From an uncultured Clostridia bacterium (GTDB taxonomy: Bacteria > Bacillota > Clostridia > Oscillospirales > CAG-272), in assembly GCA_944381085.1 (NCBI GenBank), contig CALWJX010000002.1:50571-114570 (forward strand): a stretch of DNA of 64,000 nt, read 5' to 3'. A program made the translations under genes and the position numbers. The first letter of the stretch is position 1. Each line of letters opens with the position of its first letter. The notes under the pieces are model-generated. The model was not told the DNA's origin. It searched no databases and saw nothing but the letters and a program-made list of their open reading frames with translations. This document shows, in pieces, positions 1-9,218 of this stretch.

Positions 1-228
1 GGACTTCTTACCGCAAAGGTGATGAACTGGCTTTCGGGAGGAAAGATCAATCCGCTTATCGGCTCGGCGGGAGTTTCCGCGGTGCCTATGGCTGCCCGTG
101 TTTCGCAGATAGTCGGACAGAAAGAGGACCCGTCAAACTTTTTGCTTATGCACGCCATGGGACCGAATGTCGCGGGCGTTATCGGCTCCGCGGTCGCGGC
201 GGGAGTATTCCTGTCATGGCTTGCCTAA
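1..228 (+). CDS. Na+-translocating decarboxylase beta subunit (OadB/GcdB/MmdB family), C-terminal fragment; 5' end lies outside the window
   Basis: Frame 1 is open from nt 1. The tail [34 protein letters not shown]...[21 protein letters not shown] matches the conserved C-terminus of this membrane subunit family. Confidence 0.8.
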   Translation, partial: GLLTAKVMNWLSGGKINPLIGSAGVSAVPMAARVSQIVGQKEDPSNFLLMHAMGPNVAGVIGSAVAAGVFLSWLA

Positions 229-254
229 TCTTTAATGATTGGAGAATTAAATAA

Positions 255-1655
255 ATGTCAAAAGTAAAAATTACAGAAACAGTGCTCAGAGACTCGCACC
301 AGTCTCTTATAGCGACAAGAATGACAACAGAGGAAATGCTTCCCATTCTTGAGCAGATGGATAAGGTCGGATATTATTCGCTTGAGGCATGGGGCGGAGC
401 GACATTTGACTCCTGCATGAGATTTCTGAATGAAGACCCGTGGGAAAGACTGCGCAAGATCAGAGCTCTTGTAAAAAATACAAAGCTGCAGATGCTTTTC
501 AGAGGACAGAATATTCTCGGATACCGCCATTATTCCGACGATGTCGTTGAATATTTTGTGCAGAAGTCAATAGCGAACGGGATCGATATACTGCGTATAT
601 TTGACGCTTTGAACGACGCGCGCAATCTCAAGACAGCAATAAACGCTACAATAAAAGAGGGAGGTCACGTTCAGGCGGCAATCAGCTATACCACAGGACC
701 TGTCTATACCATTGAATATTATACTGAATACGCCAAGCAGCTTGAAGAGATGGGCGCGCATTCGATCTGTGTAAAGGATATGGCGGGGCTGCTTAAGCCG
801 TTTGACGCTTACGACCTTGTCAAAGCGCTGAAAGAAACGGTAAAAATACCGATTCAGCTGCATACTCATTATACGTCCGGATTGGCTTCCATGACGCTTC
901 TTAAGGCAATCGAAGCCGGGGTGGATGTGGTCGATACCGCTATATCTCCTATGGCGATGGGAACCTCGCAGCCTCCAACAGAGTCTATTGTGGCTACGCT
1001 TGAGGGAACGCAGTATGACACCGGTATAAAGCTTTCCGACCTTGACCCGATTACAAAATACTTTACTCCTCTCCGTGAAAAATATCTCGCCAGCGGTCTG
1101 ATGAATACTAAGGCGCTTAAAGTGGACGTTAACGCGCTAATATATCAGGTTCCCGGAGGAATGCTTTCAAACCTTATGTCTCAGCTTAAACAGGCAGGGA
1201 AGGAAGATAAGCTTTCGGAAGTGCTCCAAGAGGTCCCGAAGGTACGCGCGGATGTCGGATATCCTCCCTTGGTCACTCCGTCTTCACAGATAGTCGGTAC
1301 TCAGGCGGTGCTTAACGTGCTCAGTGGCGAGAGATATAAAATGGTAACCAAAGAATTCAAGGGAATTGTAAAGGGCGAGTACGGAAAGACCCCGGTAGCC
1401 ATTGACCCGGAATTCGTCAAGAAGATAATAGGCGACGAAAAGGTAATAACCTACCGTCCCGCCGATGACCTCAAGCCCGAACTTGAGGAACTCAGAAAGA
1501 AAATTCCCGCGGGATATGTTGAACAGGACGAGGATATACTTTCATATGCTTTGTTTGAGCAGGTCGCTCTGAAATTCTTCGAGTACAGAAAAAATCAGAA
1601 ATACGGGGTTGACGGTGAAAACTCCGACAAGGAGACCGGAGTACATACGGTTTAA
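255..1655 (+). CDS. Oxaloacetate decarboxylase alpha / pyruvate carboxylase subunit B-type carboxyltransferase, without a biotinyl domain
   Basis: 466 aa. KITETVLRDSHQSL...EAWGGATFD...HTHYTSG is the 5S/PycB carboxyltransferase TIM-barrel signature. SD-like GGAG lies upstream. No AMKM biotin-attachment motif at the C-terminus. Confidence 0.85.
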   Translation: MSKVKITETVLRDSHQSLIATRMTTEEMLPILEQMDKVGYYSLEAWGGATFDSCMRFLNEDPWERLRKIRALVKNTKLQMLFRGQNILGYRHYSDDVVEYFVQKSIANGIDILRIFDALNDARNLKTAINATIKEGGHVQAAISYTTGPVYTIEYYTEYAKQLEEMGAHSICVKDMAGLLKPFDAYDLVKALKETVKIPIQLHTHYTSGLASMTLLKAIEAGVDVVDTAISPMAMGTSQPPTESIVATLEGTQYDTGIKLSDLDPITKYFTPLREKYLASGLMNTKALKVDVNALIYQVPGGMLSNLMSQLKQAGKEDKLSEVLQEVPKVRADVGYPPLVTPSSQIVGTQAVLNVLSGERYKMVTKEFKGIVKGEYGKTPVAIDPEFVKKIIGDEKVITYRPADDLKPELEELRKKIPAGYVEQDEDILSYALFEQVALKFFEYRKNQKYGVDGENSDKETGVHTV

Positions 1656-1676
1656 GATCCCTGTCGATAATACAGT

Positions 1677-1716
1677 GGGGCATGACGCTTTTCGCGTCAT
1701 GCCCCCAAAGTTTTTT
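1677..1716. terminator. Bidirectional rho-independent terminator between convergent genes
   Basis: Perfect 12-bp stem GGGGCATGACGC / GCGTCATGCCCC (1677-1688 / 1693-1704) with a 4-nt loop, followed by a T-run. Confidence 0.8.
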
Positions 1717-1830
1717 AGTGCAGGGAACGGCTTTTAATTTGGAGTGAACTAAAATAAAAATTTTTTTGTTTGTATTGTCCGATGTCAATTATATAAGATG
1801 CTGGGATTGTATTATATCCGACGGACCGGA

Positions 1831-3435
1831 TTATTGAAGTATCAGATACATTCCGAGCCTTGATTTTGACGGATCTGCCGGAAGCTTTAAGGATCCGTTT
1901 TCCACAAGGTCGTGTACGGACATCATGCGCATGTATGTCATTTCCATATGCGTATTGAAGGGTATATGTCCGCGCAATACCTTATGATTATATTTTTCGA
2001 GTATTTTTTTGATCCCGTCTTTGGCATCCTGAAAGTTCTCTAAGATCAAGTCATAATTTCTGTGCTTTTTAAGCATTTCCCATATTTTATGACGGCTTTC
2101 GTTATCAAACACAAGAATGTCGGGAATGATTTTTCCGTCGTCATCAGAATGGGCATATTTCCCATCAATATTTTTCCAGATTTCTTTTTCTCTGTCCGAA
2201 AACGAAGATGTTTTCCGACCGTTTATGATGCATTCACCGAGAAACAATGACTCGTAGTAATTCGGTTCACCGCACTGGTCCCAGAGATTGTAGTCTTTAA
2301 TTTTATATGTCCAGAGCATAATTTTTTCGTTTCCGCGTCCGTTATGACCTATTATTGTGGATTCGGGAAGACTGACGTCCTCATACCCGACAAATCCCCA
2401 TGTTTCTCCGTTGGCGCGTTTGGGAGGAGCGTAATTTTCACCGCCGAATGCTTCATGAGTGAAATAATCCACCGTGCTGAGCGTCAGATACCATTTAACG
2501 GTATTGTCGTCTATATGTTCTCCGGCAATGTTAAGAGAGCGAATATTATGCAGTTCATCCCCGATGAACTCATTTATCATACGGCTTCTTTCCTTTGAAC
2601 CGGCGCGCAGAAGATTATAGATGTCAAGCTGGCACTCTTTGTCCAATATGAAGAAGTTGGTTATATATCTGTTGCCGTCCTTTTCAAGCAGGGTAGCGTT
2701 GTACAACAGTTCCACTTCTTCCTCCATATACGGAAGCGCTATTCCAAGTTCCATCGAAAGCTCTTCTGCCGTTGAAGGGTTGTTGCTTGCCTGAAGCAAA
2801 ATGTTTTTCGGTATTTTCCTCTCTACCGCCGAAAACGGAAGTCCGCTTGGCTGCGGTCCGGTGGAAATAAAACTGATGTTTTCGGGATTATAACTCTTTT
2901 TTCCGAATTCTCTTGCCATATTCATACCTTCTTTCATTTTTTTTCTCGCACGGTGAAGTCTTTGCTTTACCGTGTCTTCGGGAATTGAAAGAGACCGGGC
3001 AATGTCACGCACGCTTCTGTTTTCTATATAGTAAGCAACCATGATACTGCGGAAGTCGCTCTTGATGAACGCGAGTTCACGACGGAGCAGTGACAGTTTT
3101 TCGCCGTTTATCATATCGTCAAGAACATTTTCACTTTCGTCCGCGATTTCATAGTCACCGACGTCGTAACCGGTTACATACTCGTTGTGCCTGTGTTTGT
3201 ATGCTGCCCATACGGAATATCTGTTGCGCGCTATTTTCCAGACCCATGCCGAAAAGCTTGAGGGGATTATGCCTTTGTTCAGGGCGGCTATGATATTCAG
3301 TGAGATATTTTGGGTAAGGTCTTCCGCCTCGTGGCTGTTTCCCGTCTTTTTCAGACAGAAATAGAAAATTTTTTCCATGTAGTTTTCGGCAAAATCTTCC
3401 GCGAGCTTTTCAGACATGTTTTTTGAAACTGACAT
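1831..3435 (-). CDS. Sigma-70 family (ECF-like) RNA polymerase sigma factor with a ~350-aa C-terminal extension
   Basis: Region-2-like HEAEDLTQNISLNII...FSAWVWKIARNRY and region-4 HTH SVRDIARSLSIPEDTVKQRLHRARKKM sit in the first ~190 aa. Start moved to ATG 3435 (MSVSKN), which has GAGAGGGAAAG 7 nt upstream. Confidence 0.8.
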   Translation of the reverse strand: MSVSKNMSEKLAEDFAENYMEKIFYFCLKKTGNSHEAEDLTQNISLNIIAALNKGIIPSSFSAWVWKIARNRYSVWAAYKHRHNEYVTGYDVGDYEIADESENVLDDMINGEKLSLLRRELAFIKSDFRSIMVAYYIENRSVRDIARSLSIPEDTVKQRLHRARKKMKEGMNMAREFGKKSYNPENISFISTGPQPSGLPFSAVERKIPKNILLQASNNPSTAEELSMELGIALPYMEEEVELLYNATLLEKDGNRYITNFFILDKECQLDIYNLLRAGSKERSRMINEFIGDELHNIRSLNIAGEHIDDNTVKWYLTLSTVDYFTHEAFGGENYAPPKRANGETWGFVGYEDVSLPESTIIGHNGRGNEKIMLWTYKIKDYNLWDQCGEPNYYESLFLGECIINGRKTSSFSDREKEIWKNIDGKYAHSDDDGKIIPDILVFDNESRHKIWEMLKKHRNYDLILENFQDAKDGIKKILEKYNHKVLRGHIPFNTHMEMTYMRMMSVHDLVENGSLKLPADPSKSRLGMYLILQ

Positions 3436-3515
3436 TTTCTTTCCCTCTCTTTCGCCCATATAGTGCGGCGTTTTGAATTTAGGTGACAGAAAATTTTTGC
3501 TTTCCCGACAATTTA

Positions 3516-3544
3516 ATTATACCTCAAAGTTGTAAATTATTCAA
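3516..3544 (-). promoter_or_regulatory. Candidate sigma-A promoter for the sigma-factor gene
   Basis: On the minus strand: TTGAAT, 17-nt spacer, TATAAT, about 80 nt upstream of ATG 3435. Confidence 0.4.
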
Positions 3545-3764
3545 TTAAAAAATTCAAATCATATAAAAGAATAAATCTGTTATTGATTATTTTTAATATT
3601 AATTCAAGTAAACCGACATTATATTTTGTTAACGTAAAAAATTTTGTGCAACAATTATATTTTCAAAAAACAGGCATTTAGAGCAAATGTCATTAACATG
3701 CCCCGAAAATAATAATAAATTGTAAATAATGCGATTTTAACCGTGTTTTTTTACAAAAAAGCAG

Positions 3765-3793
3765 TTGACAAATTGGTTATATTGTATTATAAT
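3765..3793 (+). promoter_or_regulatory. Consensus sigma-A promoter upstream of rsmE
   Basis: TTGACA (3765-3770), exactly 17-nt spacer, TATAAT (3788-3793). Confidence 0.6.
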
Positions 3794-3867
3794 AATTGCA
3801 TAATCAAAAATAAAACATCCGTTATAATTAACAAACAAGTTGATTTGCCGCATTGGGAGGAAATTTT

Positions 3868-4617
3868 ATGCCGCGTTTTTTTGTGGAATCTGCTCAGATA
3901 AACGACGGATTTGTTTATATCCGCGGAGACGACGCCAGACATATTTCCCGTTCCTTGCGCATGGCAAAAGGAGATTATGTAATCGTATGTGATATGCAAA
4001 GCGTAGAGTACGGTTGTATTTTAAAGGATTTTTTTGACGACTGTGTGACGGCGCAGATAGTTTCTTCCCGAAAATCGGACAAAGAGCCTCCTTTTTATGT
4101 TCATTTGTATCAGGCGATGATTAAAGGTGAAAAACTCGATTTTGTCATCCAGAAGGCTGTGGAGTGCGGCGTATTTTCCGTAACTCCGTTCAACAGTGAA
4201 AGATGCGTGGCAAGAGAAGCGGTTACCGATGAAACAAAGCTCAAAAGACGCAACAGAATATCGTTGGAAGCGGCAAAACAATCGGGAAGAGGGATTGTTC
4301 CTGCGGTAAATCGAACCGTTTCTTTCGATAAAATGACGGGATTGGCAGTCAATTCTGATATTGCGCTCTTTTGTTATGAGGGAGAAGGCACCGAGCCTCT
4401 CAAAAAGGTTCTCCGGGAAATTGTTAAAAATAAAATTGTGAATAAAATTCCTGTGATCTCGGTAATTACCGGGTGCGAGGGAGGATTTACACAGTCGGAA
4501 GTAAAAAAAGCCGAAGATTCCGGAATGATTTTAACCGGACTCGGAAAAAGAATTCTCAGAGCTGAGACCGCTTCATGCTTTGTACTTGGATGTCTGGTTT
4601 ACGAATTTGAATTGTGA
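3868..4617 (+). CDS. rsmE: 16S rRNA (uracil1498-N3)-methyltransferase
   Basis: MPRFFV... N-terminus, and C-terminal GCEGGFTQSEV...GKRILRAETA typical of RsmE. ATG 3868 is preferred over TTG 3853 because GGGAGG sits 8 nt upstream. Confidence 0.85.
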   Translation: MPRFFVESAQINDGFVYIRGDDARHISRSLRMAKGDYVIVCDMQSVEYGCILKDFFDDCVTAQIVSSRKSDKEPPFYVHLYQAMIKGEKLDFVIQKAVECGVFSVTPFNSERCVAREAVTDETKLKRRNRISLEAAKQSGRGIVPAVNRTVSFDKMTGLAVNSDIALFCYEGEGTEPLKKVLREIVKNKIVNKIPVISVITGCEGGFTQSEVKKAEDSGMILTGLGKRILRAETASCFVLGCLVYEFEL

Positions 4618-4698
4618 CGTTGGGCATGTAAATGTCCGGAATATTGAAAGTGAAAGTTATAATATCTAAAACTATTAATAAAAAAGGGGTTTAAATTT

Positions 4699-5784
4699 AT
4701 GTCAAACAGATTATTCCAAAATGTGATTCATCAGATGAAAGCCGCTGTTGACAGAGTGATAGGCGTTATTGATGAAAACGGGGTTATCATCGCGTGCTCC
4801 GAACTTGTAAAGATCGGAGAGATCAAACAGGGTGTGCGTGACGAGCTCACATATTCGACGGATATGGTTGTATCGGGAGGATATACATATCGTCCGATAT
4901 CGTCCGGCGCAAAGAATGAATATATAGTGTTCATGGAAGGCGAAGATAAAATGGCGGAGAAGATGTCAAAGCTTTTGGCTGTGTCGCTTCTCAACATCAA
5001 GAACCTCTACGATGAGAAGTATGATAAAGGCTCTTTTATAAAAAATATTATTTTGGATAATATACTGCCCAGCGACATATATATTAAATCGAAGGAGCTT
5101 CACTTCAATACCGAGGAGCTCAGAATAGTTTTCCTTATTAAATTTTTCGGCAAGACGGATATGATGCCGTTTGAAATGCTCCAGAACATGTTCCCCGATA
5201 AATCAAAAGATTATGTTATCAGCGTGGGCGAACATGATATCGTGCTTGTCAAGGATGTAAAACCCGGTACCGAGATGAAGGATATCGAAAAAATAGCGAC
5301 GAATATCTCGGATACTCTTTCTTCGGAATTCTATACCAAAGTAAATATAGGTATTTCCACAATTGTCGAGAATCTCAAAGACCTCGCAAGAGCATACAAG
5401 GAATCGCAGATAGCCCTTGAGGTCGGAAAAGTATTTGAGACCGAAAAGAATATAATAAGCTATGAAAATCTCGGTATCGGCAGGCTTATATATCAGCTTC
5501 CCACAACTCTTTGCGAAATGTTTTTGCAGGAGGTGTTCAAAAGAGGTAGCCTTGAGTCGCTTGACCGTGAAACTTTGATGACTATTCAGTGCTTCTTTGA
5601 AAACAACCTCAATGTCTCCGAGACGTCGAGAAAGCTTTTTGTGCACAGAAACACTCTGGTTTACAGACTTGAGAAGATACGCAAGATAACCGGACTTGAT
5701 CTGCGTGAGTTTGAGCACGCCATTACCTTTAAGGTTGCGCTGATGGTCAAAAAATATCTCAGTTCAAAACCGTCTAAATTTTAA
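4699..5784 (+). CDS. PucR/CdaR-family transcriptional regulator
   Basis: C-terminal PucR-type HTH: NVSETSRKLFVHRNTLVYRLEKIRKITGLDL. SD AAGGGG lies 9 nt upstream. Confidence 0.75.
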   Translation: MSNRLFQNVIHQMKAAVDRVIGVIDENGVIIACSELVKIGEIKQGVRDELTYSTDMVVSGGYTYRPISSGAKNEYIVFMEGEDKMAEKMSKLLAVSLLNIKNLYDEKYDKGSFIKNIILDNILPSDIYIKSKELHFNTEELRIVFLIKFFGKTDMMPFEMLQNMFPDKSKDYVISVGEHDIVLVKDVKPGTEMKDIEKIATNISDTLSSEFYTKVNIGISTIVENLKDLARAYKESQIALEVGKVFETEKNIISYENLGIGRLIYQLPTTLCEMFLQEVFKRGSLESLDRETLMTIQCFFENNLNVSETSRKLFVHRNTLVYRLEKIRKITGLDLREFEHAITFKVALMVKKYLSSKPSKF

Positions 5785-6051
5785 TATGTCTGTCTACAAT
5801 GTATATAAGTTTAAGCGGAACGCCGCTCTGCGGCGTTTCGCTTACGCTTATTATAAAATCGAAAGCCCGACGAAGTATTTTTAATTTGTCTTGTCTGATT
5901 GAGCGTGCCGAACGGCTTTTGAGTTTTCTTTTGGGATAAAAACCGACTTCGCGCTGTATCTGGAAAATTTCGGATTAAAGTTACTGACACAAATTAAGTT
6001 GTGCTCGTGTGAAGCACAGAACCGATAATCAGGAAAGGCTTGGTTTAATTA

Positions 6052-7638
6052 ATGAAAACTTATATTTATACGGTCAGGGGAATGGTCGGAAAAGCGGACG
6101 AGGATAAAGTCGCGGAAATTGTAAAAAGCTTGCTTGATGTAGCCGAATGTGCGGTTTCCGCCACGTCTTCTACGGTTATGTTGACTGTGGACGATAAAAT
6201 ATATTCACAGGATAAGATTGAAGAACTTTTGGCACCGGAGCTTGAAAAGAACGGCTATGAGCTGATATCTCCGCCAAATATAAACAATTACGCTTATGTA
6301 GGCGACAAAAAGCGAAAGCCGGCAAAAAAGGTATCGCTTTCTTCAATGATTGCCGCGATAGCGGTTACAGCCGTGTTTTGCATACTGTTTACCTATGTAG
6401 TCGCTTTTAACGCGCTGTCTCCGGGTTATTCGGGTGTCTCTGACGGCGAATACCCCGAATACCTTGACGAGTTAAATATTCTTGATGATGTATTTAAAAA
6501 TTTCTACTATTATGATATTGACGACGAAGAAATAGGAGAACAGCTGCTTAAGGCATATGTTTACGCCACAAAAGACAAATATGCCGAATATTACAATGCC
6601 GAGGAATATGCGCAGCTTATGCAGGAAGACGCCGGCAATATGGTGGGCATAGGAGTGAGCATTGTAAATTCTACAATTGAAATAAACGGTTATAGCTACA
6701 AAGTATTGCAGATAATTTCCGTATATGAAGGTACGCCCGCTTATGAAAACGGCGTGATGGTAGGCGACTGCATCATGTTTACCGGAAGCGGGGACGACAA
6801 AGAGTCGGTCGATTCTCTCGGTTATACAATGGCTCTTGACAAACTCAGCGGAGAGGTTGGGAGCTATGCCGAGTTTACGGTATACCGTCCGGACAGCAGT
6901 CAGGCGTCCGGATATAAAGAAGTTGATTTTTCAATTCAGCGTGCCGAGTTTGTCACACAGTCGGTATCGTATGAAGTATGCACTACCGACAATAAGGTCG
7001 GAATCGTGAAAATATCTCAGTTTGATCTTACCACTCCGGTACAGTTTTCCGAGGCGGTGGATTCATTGATTGAAAATGGTTGCGAATATTTCATATTCGA
7101 TGTCAGGAACAATCCCGGAGGAGATCTCAAATCCATCGAAGCGGTGCTTTCGTATTTTCTTGAAGAGGGGGACCTTATTGTTTCAACCGAGGACAAGGGC
7201 GGTGTTACTGCGAAAGATTATGTAAAAGCCGTCAGATATACAGGCAACTATGAAGGGTGCAGTGTCGCGGAAAGTGATATCGGAAAATATCGGGGGCTGA
7301 AGCTTGCTGTTCTGACGAACGGAAATACCGCGAGTGCGGCGGAACTGTTTACCGCTACCATACGCGACTATAATCTTGGTCCTATTGTCGGTACGAAAAC
7401 CTACGGTAAGGGATGTATGCAGTATATTATTCCGCTTGAGCGTTACGGTCTTGAAGGAGCTTTGCGCGTCACCACTGCGATGTATTTTTCGGCAAGTCAT
7501 ACGGTATATCACGATATAGGGATAACCCCGGACTATACCGAGGAACTCAGCGATGAAGCAAAGGACTATAATCTTTACTTGCTTCCGCATGACAAAGACA
7601 ATCAGCTGCAGCGCGCGATCGGTGAAATAAAAAAATAA
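6052..7638 (+). CDS. S41 family C-terminal processing peptidase, membrane-anchored, with an N-terminal HMA-like domain
   Basis: NNPGGDL, NGNTASAAELF (Ser) and GTKTYGKG (Lys) are the S41 dyad motifs. A PDZ-like segment is present. One TM (LSSMIAAIAVTAVFCILFTYVV). The first ~75 aa look like a ferredoxin-like HMA fold. Confidence 0.8.
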   Translation: MKTYIYTVRGMVGKADEDKVAEIVKSLLDVAECAVSATSSTVMLTVDDKIYSQDKIEELLAPELEKNGYELISPPNINNYAYVGDKKRKPAKKVSLSSMIAAIAVTAVFCILFTYVVAFNALSPGYSGVSDGEYPEYLDELNILDDVFKNFYYYDIDDEEIGEQLLKAYVYATKDKYAEYYNAEEYAQLMQEDAGNMVGIGVSIVNSTIEINGYSYKVLQIISVYEGTPAYENGVMVGDCIMFTGSGDDKESVDSLGYTMALDKLSGEVGSYAEFTVYRPDSSQASGYKEVDFSIQRAEFVTQSVSYEVCTTDNKVGIVKISQFDLTTPVQFSEAVDSLIENGCEYFIFDVRNNPGGDLKSIEAVLSYFLEEGDLIVSTEDKGGVTAKDYVKAVRYTGNYEGCSVAESDIGKYRGLKLAVLTNGNTASAAELFTATIRDYNLGPIVGTKTYGKGCMQYIIPLERYGLEGALRVTTAMYFSASHTVYHDIGITPDYTEELSDEAKDYNLYLLPHDKDNQLQRAIGEIKK

Positions 7639-7663
7639 CAATGATATAAAAGGAGAATTTGTG

Positions 7664-8167
7664 ATGTCAGTTAAAAAGCAAATGCTGTATACCCCCGAAG
7701 GTTTCAAGGAACTTACGGACGAACTTACTTATCTGAAAACGGTAAAGCGTGAGGAGATAAAGGAGCAGATTGCGGTAGCAAGATCGTTCGGAGACCTGTC
7801 CGAGAACGCGGAGTATGACGAGGCAAGAACGGAGCAGGCAAAGACCGAGGCCAGAATCAAAGAACTTGAAGAACTTGTGGAAAACGCTCTTATTGTGGAT
7901 GAGACAAAAATCGACACAAGCGTGGTTTCACTCGGATCTGTCGTTACGGTTTACGACGTCGAATACGACGAAGAGGTAAAATACAGTATAGTAGGTTCAA
8001 ACGAGGTCAACCCTCAGGAGAATAAGATATCGGATCAGTCGCCAATCGGAAAAGCGCTTATGGGTACCAAGGAAGGGGATACCGTTGTGGTTGAGATTCC
8101 CTCCGGGAGCGTTCATATGAAGGTCGTCGGAGTAGCGAGGTCTTCTAAAGGAGCAGAACAGGAATAA
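7664..8167 (+). CDS. greA: Transcription elongation factor GreA
   Basis: SFGDLSENAEYDEAR coiled-coil motif plus the C-terminal FKBP-like domain. AGGAG lies 8 nt upstream of ATG 7664. Confidence 0.9.
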   Translation: MSVKKQMLYTPEGFKELTDELTYLKTVKREEIKEQIAVARSFGDLSENAEYDEARTEQAKTEARIKELEELVENALIVDETKIDTSVVSLGSVVTVYDVEYDEEVKYSIVGSNEVNPQENKISDQSPIGKALMGTKEGDTVVVEIPSGSVHMKVVGVARSSKGAEQE

Positions 8168-8198
8168 AAACGCAGAATAAAAAAAGAGGGGTTTGCGT

Positions 8199-8960
8199 AT
8201 GGATAATCAGCATAATCAACCTGAAGACAAAATCGAAGCGGGCGATATCAATATTGCCGAAAAGAGCAAATTTTTCAAGTGGCTGGATAATTTTTGGTAC
8301 CACTATAAGTGGACGTTGTTGATAGCGGTGTTTTTTATCGTTGTTCTGGTGGTAGGACTGGTTCAGCTTTTCAGCAAAACGGAGAGCGACGCCACCGTAA
8401 TGTATGCGGGACCTTATCAGCTGTCCAATGACGAAATAAACGCAATCAGAAATGATCTGACCTCTCTTTTGCCGTATGATTTTAACGGTGATGAAAAAAA
8501 ATATATTACATTTATTGAATACGCGGTTTTTTCCGAAGACGAGATTGAATCGTCAAATGAAATATATACAGACGAAAACGGCGAATATGTCGATATGGTG
8601 AGTCCGATGTATAATTCTTCTAAATACAGGGAATATCTGAGTTACACATCAACCGGCGAGTGTTCGATATATTTTGTAAGTGAGTACCTGTATGAAAATC
8701 TGAAAAATGAGGAAAGACTTGTGCCCATATCCGAGGTTCTTGGAGATACAGGAGAATATACGGTTGCCGACGGAGGCTATGGTATACGGCTGGGTGACAC
8801 CGATCTTTACAAATATTTTACGTCGCTTCAGATTTTGCCCGCCGACACGGTTGTATGCCTGATGAGACCGTATGTGTGGGGAGAAAGTTCAAACGAGGAA
8901 AAATATGAGTTTGCAAGCAGCTTTTTCAAAGAGCTTGCGGAATTTAAAATCAATGAGTAA
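8199..8960 (+). CDS. Hypothetical single-pass membrane protein
   Basis: ORF with SD AAGAGGGG 7 nt upstream of ATG 8199. One TM (WTLLIAVFFIVVLVVGLVQLF). No family recognised. Confidence 0.55.
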   Translation: MDNQHNQPEDKIEAGDINIAEKSKFFKWLDNFWYHYKWTLLIAVFFIVVLVVGLVQLFSKTESDATVMYAGPYQLSNDEINAIRNDLTSLLPYDFNGDEKKYITFIEYAVFSEDEIESSNEIYTDENGEYVDMVSPMYNSSKYREYLSYTSTGECSIYFVSEYLYENLKNEERLVPISEVLGDTGEYTVADGGYGIRLGDTDLYKYFTSLQILPADTVVCLMRPYVWGESSNEEKYEFASSFFKELAEFKINE

Positions 8961-9000
8961 GCATTGGCTTTAAGCCGCGATTAAATACGCCGTTATATGA

Positions 9001-9040
9001 ACGGGGATAACCTGATTTTATGGTTATCCCCGTTTTGAAC
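9001..9040 (+). terminator. Rho-independent terminator
   Basis: 12-bp stem ACGGGGATAACC / GGTTATCCCCGT, 9-nt loop, then TTTTGAAC. Confidence 0.75.
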
Positions 9041-9218
9041 GGTTTTTATAATAAACGCCGCGGAGAGAGAACAGTATTCGGCAATATTTTTGGAGGAGTA
9101 AAAACCGTTTAAATTCAAAAAAACATAAAAAAAATAATAAATTTAATATGCAGTTAATTATTTAATGTTATCATTATATATATCATGTAGATTTTGTATT
9201 CGAGTTCGGGAGGAGCCG

